Shown: positions 13,463-27,602, counted from the stretch's first letter. The stretch is DNA of 64,000 bases from Mytilus californianus (GCF_021869535.1 NW_026262745.1:96224001-96288000); one strand, 5' to 3'. Notes: generated from the sequence alone by a model not told the origin. Numbers and translations: made by a program.

Positions 13463-15019
13463 GACTGTATCTAAATGTTTACTTCAAAAAAAGTCCTTTC
13501 ATCAGAAAATACGGCGAAAATGAAGCAAAAAACAAAAAACAAAAAAAAAACAATTTCATAATTTTACTCTTGATATTGTGTTTTTAACATAAATAATGTT
13601 CTATCTATAAGTTTCATAAAAATCTATGATGATTTATACACGTTATTGATGTCTTATCATTTTGCCTTCGCTGTATCTTAATTTTAACTGCAAGACATAT
13701 TGAGTCCATTTATCGGTAAAATACGGAAAAAACTGAAAACAGTACTACAACATTTCCATAACTGTCTTTTGAACATAAAAAGTTTCTTAAAGTCCATAAA
13801 AGTTTGACAAAAATATTGATGTCTTGAAAACCTTATTCACAGACTGCTCCTAAATTTTTTCGATGACGACGGAATGTAGGATAACTATGTCTTGCTTCCG
13901 CGACAATATGTCAAAGGCTTGTCAAAAAATGTCACGGAGAAAAGCTCACTAATGAAAAAGAGAGGCGAAAGATAACAAAGGGACATTCAAACTCATAAGT
14001 CGAAAATAAACTGACAGCTTTCTTTTGTTGCATATGTTATATATCATTAACGAATCCAATATCAGTCAATTCTGACATGTTTTATTACTTTAAATATCCG
14101 TGTATTTAATTAATCACTAGTTAAACTCTGATGTTCAACACGACACGATTTTAAAGATTCTACTTTGACGCTTCTGAACCCCATAATTCCCTATTTAATC
14201 ATTGTCAATATCTATGTCACTAAAGTCTTTTATATATTTGTTCTGCTTGGCATGGTTTTAACTTTCCCTTTTTGATTACTCCTTTTGTCATGTCATACAT
14301 ATAAATATTATTGCAGAAGAGCCTTTTTACAGATTTCGCAATTAATCCTGTAATTAGAGATCCATTTTTTTATGAGTTGTTTTCTTTTGGAGGTACATAC
14401 ATCATCATTGACAACGACGAGTTAGCGGAAAGAGCCAATTTGTCGATGCGTAATGTGTGTAATCTTGGTAAAACGACGTTTTATCTCATGTTTTACATGG
14501 GAAGAAGCTCATTTGTTGGGTTAAAAAATAGTCTACAATTGTGTAACAAGTATGTTTGAACAGAATCAGAAACTACTGAAAGTTGAATCAATAAATTCTA
14601 AATGAATTATCGTCTTCATCTTTTATTACACGATGAAAGGACTGACAAATTATAGACTGTTTGACTTATACACCATAAGAAATTATATTGATAATACTCC
14701 TCACTCACTGCAGACGATATTCACACATAAAGTTTGTTTTTATCAATCCATTGCTGAAAAGACTTGAAGTATTCCTGATTAGTTTTATAATATAAACCTT
14801 TAAATATGAACAATGCCGTCACCTGATGAACAATTTTACAATATTAGATTAAATCAAAATTATACAATTCAATGTTATTTTAGCACATCTTATTGAAGAG
14901 AAAAGTGAGAAGGTTTGGAAAAAAGGGTCGATAAATTATAATTTAATGATATATTAAACGGATATGAGTGTGTCTTCGTTTTTTTCAATTAAGATTTTTA
15001 AATCAGAATAATCCATAAA

Positions 15020-15415
15020 TAAAAAGTAAAATCACAATAATACTGAACTCCGAGGAAAATTGAAAAAGGAAAGTCCCCAATCAAATGGCAAAATCAAAAG
15101 TTAAAACACATCAAACGAATGGATAACAACTGTCATATTCCTGACTTGGTACAGGCATTTTCTTATGTAGAAAATGGTGGATTGAACCTGGTTTTATAGC
15201 TAGCTAAACCTCTCACTTGTATGACAGTCGCATCAAATTCCATTATATTGACAACGATGCGTGAACAAAACAAACAGACACAATAGGTAAAAATGTCAAA
15301 AATAGAGGTACAGCAGTCAACATTGTGTTATCATCTTAATCACTATAAACACAAACAAATGTAACGAAGAAGCACAAAAAGGCATACATCAAATTTAACA
15401 TCCTGATTTTGCTTA
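15020..15415 (+). repeat. High-copy dispersed repeat family A (aaaagtaaaatcacaa.aatactgaactccgaggaaaatt...gctaaacctctcacttgtatgacagtcgcat)
   Basis: Further copies at about 2684-2915, 6836-6990, 50538-50712, 59462-60060 and 63955-64000 (+), and 52622-52852 (-). Confidence 0.85.
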
Positions 15416-15670
15416 TATTATACGATTTTATTTAGCTATGTAAAATCCACCCATAAAGGATGGAAGGTTTTAAGGACTGGCGTAAAATCGCGCGTTCGAA
15501 ATTCTCACAGGTAGACATAAAATAATTTTGTCGTTCAATATTTCCGCCATAAACTCTTTCCCTGTTAAGTAGTTACACGTTTTACTTGTTTGGTTATTTT
15601 TTATGTCTTGAAAATGTATATTAAATTTTTAAGGGATATAACCCAATTCATATGAATTTTGTAAGATTAC

Positions 15671-15976
15671 CTTTTCATCGAATAAAACCATCTTAAAATT
15701 GTCGAAGTAAAACCATTCATCTACTTCTCCATTGTTTATAAATATCAAACAGTTGTTTACTGCATCATAGCCAAAACTATGAAATGACATGTCTGGCTTG
15801 AACAGGATACAGTTAGGAGCTTTATAGCTAGCGCGGCCATCTCCTATTTTCCAGTGTGGAAATTTCAATTCTTGTTTTTTTTTATTAGCCCTGTAATCAG
15901 TTCGAAGACAATATGCATATCCAGAGTAAGTTGTTCCAAAGTCAATTCCAGCGATTACTAGTCTAGTATTGGTCTC
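15671..15976 (-). CDS. HSPA12: HSPA12-like exon (phosphate-1 motif)
   Basis: ETNTRLVIAGIDFGTTYSGYAY...YKAPNCILFKPDMSFHSFGYDA...WFYFDNFKMVLFDEK then gtaat; 306 nt open, phase 0-0. Confidence 0.93.
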
Positions 15977-16668
15977 CTAATAAATAAATGTAATACATAT
16001 CTTACCTTGAATAGTAATATGTACAAATGTAACATTATAGTCTTCATGTAAACGTATCGTTCTCGGTTGGCTTTCGTTCTAATAGTTGTCCAGTGTATAT
16101 TTGTTTATAATTTCGCAAATTCTGATCATATAAATAAAGGATATGTTAAAGGTATTTTAGTTAAAAATATCTAAATGTTTATCTTTCCTTCAATGGAAAT
16201 GATTAAAAACGTAACATGATATGAACTTCCATAATAAAAGAAATCAAATGGAACATATTCTCACTACATCTAAACTTTTTTGTTTGGAACACCACTGATG
16301 AATCTTTTGTTGGCGAAACGCACGTATGGTGAGTTTGTCAAACACTAGATCGATGTTACTGCTGGTGGTGGCTCCGTCAACGAGTTCATTACCAGCAAAG
16401 ATGTCAGAACGTCTGTGCTTACAAGAAAACAATTTATGCTGTCATTTCTCTTAAAATAAATCTTCATACAGTGTTACAATCTTTCGCTCCTTGGATTGGT
16501 ATTAATGTTTTGATTCGAGCGTACTTAGTTATAGTCAGAAATATATTTTACGAGTTTTAAATAACTATTGAGTCTTTACCCGAATGTTGAGTTTTTACAT
16601 ATCTACCGAATACTCGTTATCATATTTCATTAAAACAACATGTACTCTAATTCAGCGTATAAACGTAC

Positions 16669-16736
16669 CGTTTGAATATTCGCCTCTACGTCAGTCCGTT
16701 CAGTTACCTCCAGTACATAAGAGTCGATATCTAAAT
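16669..16736 (-). CDS. Linker exon joining the zinc-finger region to the HSP70 domain
   Basis: Strong acceptor caatttcttttag; DLDIDSYVLE(VTERTDVEANIQT); two candidate donors (after 16708 gtaact, after 16669 gtacgt) both give the required phase 1 to 0. Confidence 0.6.
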
Positions 16737-19459
16737 CTAAAAGAAATTGTTCAGTTTAAATATCAAGACTAAAAGCATTGTTCAATGGCAAAATTATTTT
16801 CATATTAATCTTTGCTTTCTGAACGATAGTAGTTCTATAAAATAAAGTTGTCAATATAAACTTATGACATCGATTTCAAAGCACCTTGTACATATAAAAC
16901 AAGACGTGTGGACATTTGCCTATGAAAGGGTTAACTAACAAAATAAAAACAGATGTTGACTAGGGTTAGATGTAAGGCTTATGGTTAGGATCGGAGTCGG
17001 GCATCATAAAAACTAAAGACTGAGCAACACGAACCCCACCATAAACCGGGTTTGATCGCAGGTGCTTCGGAAGTAAAGCCGATCCTGCTCCACATATTAG
17101 ATACATAAAACACAAGTAGAAGCAAAAGCCAATACATTACACCGTATTAAAGAAACCTCATAATTAACACTGAAGACCATAATTACGGTAGCCAACAATA
17201 TTATAAATATATCAGAACACAATTACCAGAAAGATCAGACGTGTTAGAAGTGTTTAAAGGCAACTTTACCTAGGACAGTCAATCTAGTTTCAGTACAACT
17301 GAAAGTTTTATACCTTCTTCAGTTTCAGTGCTTAAAGAGTAAACATCGACAAACGTCCAGTTTAAGGCAAACTCATAACCCATCCATCTATTTCTAAGTT
17401 ATCACATAAACAACCTGTGACACAGTAATTTGATCAAATACCAGCAGATAAAGATTTTGTACACATGAGATCATTCATATTCAAAGATAAACGGAGTGGT
17501 GAACACTATTTTCAGACATGCAAAAAATGAAAATTACTGACCAGTTTACATATTAAAATTGAAACCTATGGGTTTTTTTTATATTTGAAAAACTTCATAA
17601 CCGTTACAACGGCATCCATACACATTATAAAAACATGCTTTTTATATAAATTCAAAAGAATAGATGCATAAGCTTCGACGTTAGCATTAATCATTTAACT
17701 AGTCAATTCTGATAGGAGACGGAAGTTCTGGTTGTAAAACCGTATCAGTTGGTGATATATACTGAATATGCAGGTACTGTTTGAATATTTGTACATACAT
17801 ATCACATTAGGTAGATTGAACTTTTCTTTGTTATCGAAATGTTTAATCTGAACTGACCTTCGATGTCGATTAAAAGGTGACTATCAAGTTATGGATCAGA
17901 CCTTACCAGTACCGTGGTATCATTTAATTTTTGGTTTTTGTTACGGTCAGAAGGGTAGAGGCGATAACATGTATTATTATATCATTCTTTAAATTACATG
18001 TATGCATATATAAGACATAAGTTATACAACAACAAGTGAAGATGTAGGATGAAATCAACTCCCTTCATTCTTCTTGACAAAACCTTTGATGAAGTTTGCC
18101 TTATGACAGTAAAGAAAATTGGCAATTACACAATTATTGTTATTTCTCATCAGAATATTGTCTGTAAAGAACTTTTCAACAAAAATAATAAAAATCTCGT
18201 TATTAACAAAAATCCAGCGTCTGTATGATGACAGTTTTGTAAGAATTTGAGTATGATTTTATAAATGAATAACTGTTCCCTTCCATTGCCATCTACATTG
18301 GTCACTTGTTTCAGATATAACAAAGTTGGACTATTCTTTCAAGAACTATTTCAATCTTTTTTATAATAAGAGATTATCATGTATGAATATACAATGTATT
18401 GTATACATCATATGATACCTTTCGGATTTTGTTCAATCATAGCAATATCTTATTCCAAATAATTACCTACATTTTCAATTTTATATTGTAAGTGAGTGCA
18501 TTTGTTCTGCAATGCAACTAACATAATATTGATGATATATGACCAAAACGGTAAATAGATCAGACGACTTTTCTGACATCTATAGATCCAAGAAAACCGA
18601 GAAAACATGTTCTCTTGTGTATTGAGACACAGTCCAATGATATCAATCAGTGACTGTAACAGTAAAACTTTTGTTTTGTGTTTTCATTTGTTAGTTCTCA
18701 TAACCCTGTAGGATCAATTTTGCGTCATGACTACTAACCTAATCACGCAGTCCATAAACTGTGAACATGTACACACCTAACGTATCATATATGATATGCA
18801 AAAGCAAAAGACATGCTTCTATTGAGAAATGGGAAGTTTAAGGTCGCGAAACTGAAATCGTCACGTTTGTCATAAATCCATTGAAATAAACCTATTTCAC
18901 TGAGATAAATGAGAAGTCAGCAATCATTTTAATAAAAAAAAACTTCCTGACGGGACACCACCTATATATTTGAAAGTGAAAGAACGTGACAAGATAATTT
19001 TCATTTTTGCTTTGAGAAAGTTTTGAGTGAATTCGGCTTCAGACGAGTACAAAACATGTCGATTGGTAGGATTGCACAATGGGTGTCTGTTAAACTACCG
19101 TATTTTTCCTGATATATATATGCAACAGACCCATCAAATGTGTTATCGCTCAAAACGTTTAACATTTTGATGATATCGTATTCGTTTTATTTGTCTTTGG
19201 AATCAAACATGTCAAAGGATTTCATCATGACGAACTATAATTTTTCACCTAAGAAAAGAACTTTTTATCTACAATTCCATTTTGTATATACAAAACACTG
19301 TTTAATCTGAAGTTGTAATCGATATTTCCATTGATCATACACAATGGAAGTGTAAAGTGTATAAGAATCAAAAGCTATTTTTATCGAAAAATTGTAATGA
19401 TTGTGAAAATTTAACATAAATTTTGATTTCGACAAGTCTACAATAATTATGTATTTTAC

Positions 19460-19576
19460 CATACATTTCCTCTTTCTGTTCAGTTGTTCTCTTTATACAT
19501 TTCAGATCTTTGTGATCACTAAACGCATTTAGAGAATGAAAGTCATTATAGCATCGATCACATCTCATCAAATCGT
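19460..19576 (-). CDS. C2HC zinc-finger exon 2
   Basis: DDLMRCDRCYNDFHSLNAFSDHKDLKCIKRTTEQKEEMY = C-x2-C-x12-H-x4-C; donor gtaaaa; the acceptor lacks a good pyrimidine tract; 117 nt, phase 1-1. Confidence 0.65.
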
Positions 19577-19910
19577 CTTCGTTGTTTTGATAATTTAAAA
19601 GTATATGCAAATATATATATGTCATAAATGATACAGCGTGAATTGTAAGATAAGAAACCATTGAAACTTTCGTTTATATTTTATTAACCAGAAAACTATC
19701 ATATTGGATCAAAATCAGATCATGTAGGTTTAATTACAGAAATAAACAATAATAGTATAATGTAATTGTACAATATCGAAGTGTGCATGAAGTTTATAGA
19801 ATTTCCTTTTTTTTTGTTATCTTAAACTACAATTGTTGACAGCTTATTTAAAATCAAAATATTTAATTCAAACATACATGTATATTATAATCTCCAAAAA
19901 TAAAATATAC

Positions 19911-20210
19911 CTGCTAACCATTCCACAATGGTAAAGGTAATCCGAATTTCGACATACGTGTGCATTGCTAGAGGACATTGCCTGAAAATCTGTGTCACAA
20001 ATTGCTCAAGACATGTAGTAAATGTGTCTTCGTCTTTCAGCATCGTGCCTGATAGTTTTGTCCATAAAATTAAACTACTCCTTTCCTTATGAGTAAGACG
20101 GAAACCAAGATGGTTGTGTTTTTGTAGCTTAAATTTTTTCTTTACTGCCTTCTCAGTCCATTCATCGTTGACATTTTCAATTACGATTTCACCATTATAT
20201 TCACTACCGC
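19911..20210 (-). CDS. 300-nt symmetric exon encoding a 100-aa alpha/beta module (possibly TRADD-N-like)
   Basis: Open from cgttccag to gtatat: GGSEYNGEIVIENVNDEWTEKAVKKKFKLQKHNHLGFRLTHKERSSLILWTKLSGTMLKDEDTFTTCLEQFVTQIFRQCPLAMHTYVEIRITFTIVEWLA. The domain name is inference only. Confidence 0.7.
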
Positions 20211-20755
20211 CTGGAACGAAATGTCAGATTTATTAACTAAAGGCAATCATGTTATTTCAGCATTTCCTCAAATTGTAGTTATTAATTTCGCATTTGTCAG
20301 TTGGTTAACAATCGCGATAATATAAATAATAGAAATTTCTAAATTTGCAGTATGTATGTATCTGTAGTACGCACATGAACAATAAGAATAATAAAGTTTA
20401 CATTTTTATGTTCTTCTTTTGGCTGCTTAGGTAAAAATTAACTATGTAGCAGATCTTGCTGTCTCAGTAGTTTCAGTCAGTTACTTAGTTGTTGGTTTGT
20501 ATATTCTATTTAAAGTTATATCACCATATAGAGAGCACATGCTTTATATATTTGATAATTAATTCAAAGGTCCGGTTTAGATATTTTTTTGTATTAACCC
20601 ATGTTGACAATTGGTTAAGAAGACCACTGCATTTACATTGAGATGCTAAAAAATGGAACTATTTGCCCTTTCACGTACTTAAACATGAATAAAGAAATGA
20701 AGTGTGAAAATAAGATTAGGTGATAACACACAACTGTTCAATTTCTACTATTTAC

Positions 20756-20807
20756 CTGTGGCTTCAAGTTTTCCACCAGAACAACAAGCCTCTGCTGTTT
20801 GTTTGTT
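20756..20807 (-). CDS. Short linker exon
   Basis: NKQTAEACCSGGKLEAT(G), donor gtaaat, 52 nt, phase 0 to 1 as required by both neighbours. Confidence 0.55.
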
Positions 20808-21854
20808 CTTAATATACAGATTATAAATTATATGAAAACTTTAAAGCGAATGTAATGCTATCTCCTCATTTTTTGATAATATGTTCACCATGATAATATT
20901 CTTTTTATCATACGTTTAGAAAATGTTTTATATTTGTAAATATTAAAAATAAAAGATTTGGTGTATATAATATTGATCAACAGATTAAGAGCAGGAAAAT
21001 TGGAAATCATGACAAAATCATTTGTGACGACTAATATCGCCTAACACACAATTAAAGATAAAAGATAAAAAAAGAAACACAATCCAAATCATAGGGCAAG
21101 CTCCACGTTGACTAATTAATTGTTGTTTTTTATGTCCAGTGGCCAATGTGTCATGCTTGTAAATTAATGAGGCAAGTTCTGCAAAAGTGGTCGACCAAGA
21201 CGAAGGGTGGTATATCTGGATTGTCACTGTAAAGAGGGTATTAGTATATTGGAATGGTACCTAACATTAACACTATAACAGGTCAACAACCGGAAATTCC
21301 ATTAGTATTGCAAGGGTTATTAACGTGCATATAGGTAGGCACTTTTCCTCCTAGAAAATTTGACGTCCACATTGTGCTTATTTCTATTCCCAGCATAGCC
21401 AAATTGATAACTATATGTGTGTGAGGAGGAAGAAAAAGCCTGTACTTGTCACAGTTTAAAACAGATATATACATGAATGTATACTGTTCTATTCTAATAG
21501 ATTTGACCGGTTATATCTAAATAAACAATAGTTCCAATAGGTTGGTTCTGCAAAGTTGACTGATAGAGAAAAGGGTTGAAAATCTGAATCATACATAAAA
21601 GGGTATATTGAAAAGAAGCAGATATTTTCTATTTCAGCAGCTACAGACCCTTCAATGAGTTGACGTGCGAATAGCTTGATACTTAATCTGTAGAGGCATC
21701 CAATTAAACGTCTTTCCGATATATTTATATTAGATTTATTAAAAGTGAAGACTAGATACTCATAAATTCTTAGTAAATGTATATTAATTGTTTTTTTTTG
21801 CTATTAAAAAATAACTAATAAAATACAGGTCAAAGAAATTATATCATTACTTAC

Positions 21855-21964
21855 CCTGCTACATCTAAGCTTGTGTCTAAAAAATTTCGATAGCCCTACA
21901 AATTCACGTTTACACCAACCGCAGATATGAAGGTCATTTTCTTCACTAGAGTCTTCGTCTCCGC
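21855..21964 (-). CDS. C2HC zinc-finger exon 1
   Basis: ttattttaag acceptor; GDEDSSEENDLHICGWCKREFVGLSKFFRHKLRCSR = C-x2-C-x12-H-x3-C; donor gtaagt; phase 1 to 0. Confidence 0.75.
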
Positions 21965-22191
21965 CTTAAAATAAGTTGAATTTCTGTACATGCAATAGAG
22001 TAAGTATGACAAAAGAGATATTTAAAAATGCACCTATTTTGTACAAGAACACAAGCAGGACCAGGAATATCACATTGTCACTTTATGGTATCAATTGGAT
22101 TATGTTTATTTTCTTTTCCTCAATAAATGTACTGTATTCGAAACAATTATGAGTTAATTTGAGACATTTTTAGAAAAAAATCCTCTCTTAC

Positions 22192-22251
22192 TTGTAATGT
22201 CTTCATTGTCCTCTTCACTTTCATAATGTAATTGTGGCGTCATCTTGTTAT
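22192..22251 (-). CDS. Acidic linker exon
   Basis: ctctttcag acceptor; DNKMTPQLHYESEEDNEDIT; donor gtaaga; 60 nt, phase 1-1. Confidence 0.7.
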
Positions 22252-23851
22252 CTGAAAGAGAAAATTCATAACAAATCAGTTTTATAATAAACTATGGCAG
22301 ATATGATTAAAAATATCTATGATGGTTTTTAATCAAATTAAATGAAAAACGATGCAATTGTAAACAAATATAATATTATTTGTAAATCAATTTCAAAACT
22401 TAAATTAGGGGCAACAGTAGTGTTCCAATTTTCAAATCTCGTAAATATATTAAGGATACACAAATCAAGATAAAGAAAATGAAACCCATGGTAGACACGA
22501 ACTCGTAACGGAGCTATACGGAATGCACCGACAAGGAAGGTGCATTATTCTATGCATGCTAGGACATACTCAGTCAAAATGTTACATTAGAGAATAGGAT
22601 GAACAGATCCACGGCTATACTGATATCGAAATGAAACATTCTTAATGTGCACATTTCTGTAAAAGCAAGGCAATTCATACAAACTACATTTTCGATTTCC
22701 ATTAGTTTATATATATTGCAAGGCACTTTGCATTGATTTTCACACATAGTTTTTTGATTTACAGCAGTGGATTTTTGTGATAAAACACATTTAATGTATA
22801 TGAATTAGGGAAATCAGAGCAATCTGCTGTCTCGTAATGTTGAGGGTTTATGTTTAGATATTTAAGTCATATGAAACGAGTTTCTTAAAATTTTATTTTT
22901 TTTTAAATTATTGAACCAATGCATGCATATATACTAAACTAAGTCTTGCATGTACGTTTTTTTAATATCTATTACATTTCTATAACGTATTATCGACAAA
23001 TAATATTTCATTCAGTGGTTGTTGATCGCAAGCTAATTAAGTTTCGAGTTTCTTGGCAAAATTTACCGGATCATGACATTGATACACAATAAAAACAGAG
23101 CACGTGGAAAGCGTGACAAATAAGCGAATTAAAAGAGCCATGACATTTGTTTTCATATTTTCCATGCGTTCTATTTATTAATTAAACTATTCCTTGACAG
23201 TTGTTAAATGATTTGTTGTATTAAATTGTTACTTTAAGAATCTGTTATTTCTATTTACCTTCAAGAGCACGTGTGTTTACATTCTTTCATCACGGTTTAT
23301 CCCTCGCACTTGCGCTGTGCGGTGGCCGAAGTTATAACGGGAGGTCTCTTAGTTAAGGTCACTGCATTAGGGAAAATATCGGCGAATTATTGTCTGGAAG
23401 TCAATAATTCAATATCGGTACATTTATGAAGATTTTGATAATATAAAGGATTTCATTTGAAAAAAAAGTTCAAATTCACTTCTTTTAGAGTAAAACTTAG
23501 CCATTCAAGTATATAAAACACGTTCAACTTTTTTTTCTAAATTTGAAGTTTCAGATGACTAAGATTTTTGTTCGAGATCGTTTACTGTAATATAGACAAT
23601 ATATTCTCCTAATCGTGACAGTCAGAATGTGCTTCACTTCAATTTTTTATAAAGAATATGTTTCTATAAACCTAAAATTGACAATGACCATCATCGCCAT
23701 AATAACCTTATATTACATTTTATAAATATATATTCCATATTCGCAACACGCAAAGGATTTTAAACTATAATGTATGATGTAGAATAACACTCAAGTTTAC
23801 ATTTTTATGATAACCAGAATTATTACATTTAAGAAGGGAAAAAAATAGTAC

Positions 23852-23902
23852 CTATATGTTTGGCTTGTAGTGTTGAATGCGGAGTTCCGAGTACTTCATT
23901 GT
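23852..23902 (-). CDS. Linker exon
   Basis: attttcag acceptor; DNEVLGTPHSTLQAKHI; donor gtacta; 51 nt, phase 1-1. Confidence 0.6.
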   Translation of the reverse strand, partial: TMKYSELRIQHYKPNI

Positions 23903-24923
23903 CTGAAAATATAAAATATGTTTACATGTTATTAAAATAGTTTAATTGGTTAATTAGAGTTTAGACTAATTGATAGTTGAAACAGTAAAAATGAATAAAA
24001 AGAGATGCCAGAAATCTTTGTGTGATCTGTAGTGATGACTGTGTGGAAGGAATAAAATAAAACATTTTCATGATTGACGCATAATCATTATCAGACTTAA
24101 ATTTTACATGGAAAAGTAACTCAAAGGCATCTAAGACTTCTAAAGATAATTCGAGGTCTTTTAGAGACCATCGCATGACGATTTCAGTTTTGCCATTGTC
24201 AAATTCCTATTTCTCAGCAGTATCATGCCATCTGCCTAATCGTGTTGCGTTTAAATATTTCAAATGATAATCAGGTGCATTCATAATTACATTGAAATTT
24301 TTGAACAGGTATGTGCTCATTACCCGATAGGGTTGTCCCTATGGTATCTTTCGCCCCGAAGACTGAAACCGACTTTTCAAATATTTTGACATATATTATA
24401 TGTTTGTGTTTCATCTGACGATCGAGAGGCATATTTTTATGTCATTTGATTATTTGAAATTTGATTAAATACTGATTATGTCCAACTGTGGCATCTCTGA
24501 ATAAGTCTTGATTCGCATTACGGATGTTTCGTACATTCCGGGAGATGCATACTTTGACGATGCATCCGTAGTAGAGAATTTATTTCCGTTTGGAGATAAT
24601 GTTGTTCCTTGGGTTTGTTTTACTATCGGTTTGTATATTTGGAATGAATTGATGGATTTTGAAAATTGGTAATCAACGTTTTACCTTTAATTACATGCAT
24701 AAATATACTATTTTAAGAGTAACCTCAAATTTCATTTGTTGTCCGTTATTAAATTAATGACTTATCAACGAATTTATGCAAAATTCATTATTATCAATCT
24801 TTTCATGACGATAGATTTAATGTTTTCTTTTGCATTCTTTTGCTTTTGTCTTGTCCTTCCATCTTCGAATTTGCTTTTCTATTTCTGCCTTTTTATCTCT
24901 TTATTTTCCCTGAACAATCATAC

Positions 24924-25070
24924 CTTCATCCTCGTATTCTTGATTTCCATATGTTTTACAGGATACAGCAGAGGAAACGTAATTCATCATCTTATTAAAG
25001 ATATTTCCGGATGAAGGCACACCAGTTTGCATTGCATGGCCCTCATATGACTCGGATGGTATAAATGCAC
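24924..25070 (-). CDS. Linker exon
   Basis: gattttag acceptor; GAFIPSESYEG...CKTYGNQEYEDE; donor gtatga; 147 nt, phase 1-1; lies within ORF 24901-25083. Confidence 0.65.
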
Positions 25071-26699
25071 CTAAAATCATCATTTAAAAAATTAATCTTA
25101 AAGACAGATGCACTGTTCTTTTAGATAAGAATCATCAGAGACTATCGAATCAAAATAATTGGAAGGCCAAATCGACTACGAAGAGAAAATGTCCTCTAAA
25201 TATATTTCCTTTCAGTACAGAATGACTAAACAGCGGTGTTACTCTAAGGAAAGAAACGTCTACTTGCAGCAGTATCGACCCAGTAGTTGTAACGGAATCA
25301 TAATGGGTACCAGGCTTTTAATTGTGTTTGCACGGATCGTCTTCACAGACTCATCAGTGTCGCTCAAATCATGCCAATCGGAAAGCCAAATTGATAACGA
25401 AGTTGATAGGCAAACAAAATAAACCAGACTAGAAAATTGTGCAAAATCTGGTTATGCCTCATATGCTTGGGATATGAAGACTTTTGTCTTTTGAATAATT
25501 TCAACACTCAGAAAATGACCACATCATTGCTTAAGCAAACGAAAACAAAATGCAAATAAAATCAACTATACATATTAACCCCATTCTGTTTTGTGTAGAG
25601 TTCCTGATGAAAGTAAATCAAGTATGTTGCTTCGGATCCACGAAAAGTATAAAGTGTTAAACTTTGTTTACTAGCATTAGGTCGCTACTGCTGTTGTTTG
25701 GCTAGAAGTCCAGGAGGGTATATTAGCTCACTAGTGTTTCGGTACTGATATGATTTTTCTTCAATCCGGCATTGATTAATTAGTAGAAAATTAAATACAT
25801 GTAAGGTCCTCGTTGAGCATGTACATGTAGCTTTTGATGATTTTTTAGTATTTAGAAATCATTAGCCATCAAATGTTTGGCTTGTGCGTTCCTGGTGAAG
25901 ATTAATCCGGAAAAGCTCTACGGACGCACGAAATAAATTTTCTACCGCACATCTCGACATTTTTATCACAAAAAGTGATTATTGTAAAAGAAAATAACAC
26001 TTATAAAATTCGGTTCGTCTCAAAATAGAGAGGCAGGAGATACCTAAGACATATTTAATCTCATAAGTCGATAACAAACTGCCAAAGTCATGACAAGTAC
26101 CGAAAAACGACGAAAACAGTCTACAAAATACAATATACAAAAACTAAAGAAAAAAAAAACACGAACCCCGTCAAAAACTGGGGGTGATATCAAGGAGAGG
26201 TTAAACGGATCCTGCTCCGCAGTAGGCACCTATAGTGTTGCTCATGTAAGTACACATTCAGTGATCAGTCTCATTCAGTGAGATTACATTCGAGGAAAAG
26301 AGGACGGAAATGTGTTGATTAAAATATTGATATCGTAGTCATGATCATTGAATAATTCGAAAATTTTTAACGTTGGACATCATGATTATTTGCATTGCAA
26401 ACCTGATTCATAAACATTCTAACTAAATTTCAAATAATACGTAGCATCTGATAATATTTTAGATAATCCCAAGTTTTTCTCGGTACTATAGAACATGTTT
26501 TTAAGACCTGAGACTTGTAAAAATCACAATAGTTTGGGTAAAATTTCCGAAATGACAATGTGCTAAGTGACGAGACAATTAAAATATGTCGTTTAATGAC
26601 CACTTTACATTGTTTTTCACTAACAATAAATTACGTTTTCAAATGTTATATGAAGTCTTACTTAATCTAGAAAAACTGCACATTATGCAGTAAATATCT

Positions 26700-26950
26700 T
26701 CTAGTTGATACGATATCACAGAGCTTGCGTTCCATATTATGATTTCATCCAAAGAAGGTTGCTGCTTATAAGGAAGCAATTGAACCAAGAGCATTAAGAG
26801 CTTTAAGTGGTAAAATTTAAAGCATCCCATCAAAAGTTTATACGGATGCCATCACAAGTTGTTTGACCGTTACGGAATATCTGTGCCACAGATGACCATA
26901 GGTATGTCTCATTTGTCGTTACACCTATTCTGTTCTCTTTACCTCAATTG
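26700..26950 (+). mobile_element. Degenerate Penelope-like RT C-terminal fragment
   Basis: RACVPYYDFIQRRLLLIRKQLNQE...RYGISVPQMT, homologous to the 9890 fragment. Confidence 0.6.
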
Positions 26951-27515
26951 TAACATCACTGAATAAAATTTACCACTTAAATGCTACTTAACATAAGCAA
27001 CATGACGGATGCCACTAGTGAAACAGAATTTGTTTACGCTTAAGATCAGCCCCAGTTTTCTATGGACTTCGTGCATGTTGTTCTGTTTTTAGTTTTCTAT
27101 GTGGTGTTTTGTGTGTACTTGTTGTCTTTTCGTTATCTTTTGTTTTATGTCATGACGTTGTCAATTTCTCTCATCCCCTATGTATCGTCTGCCTTAACTC
27201 TTGAGTCTTGACTAAAAGTCTTCAAAATCAGTAATTGGGAATTATCTCCTAAGCACAGCATATAAGCTTGAGAACAAATTTTCTCAACTCGGAGTCAGTC
27301 AGAACAATGTGTCTGAATATGGTGACTTATCTTCCGATGGACTGTTCGTGTGAGCGTGGACAAAACAGGTGTCATATTCGAATTACATTAAAATGATCTC
27401 GTTTTAATAAGCATGTAATAGTAACTGAAGTTTAAATGTCCATCCGTCATCGCCGTTATCTTTGATTTTTGCAAATTCGTCAAGTATAAAACATGTTAGT
27501 CCTGAATCTACTTAC

Positions 27516-27602
27516 CTGTTGCATGTCCAATTTCAATACATTTAGGTATTCTGCATTTCGCATTGTTACCATCCCATCTCAGGATAATAATTCTTCGGCC
27601 AT
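27516..27602 (-). CDS. Exon, possibly the C-terminal part of a TIR-like domain
   Basis: DGRRIIILRWDGNNAKCRIPKCIEIGHAT; donor gtaagt; 87 nt, phase 1-1. Confidence 0.6.

Noticed and set aside
12432-13587. ORFs 12432-12710 and 13330-13587 with near-identical peptides
   Set aside because: They are the two TIRs of the MITE read on opposite strands; no transposase motifs.
21018-21227. Extra exon of the fusion gene at a ctttacag acceptor
   Set aside because: The required phase 0 begins with TGA and no suitable donor was found; the chain is consistent without it.
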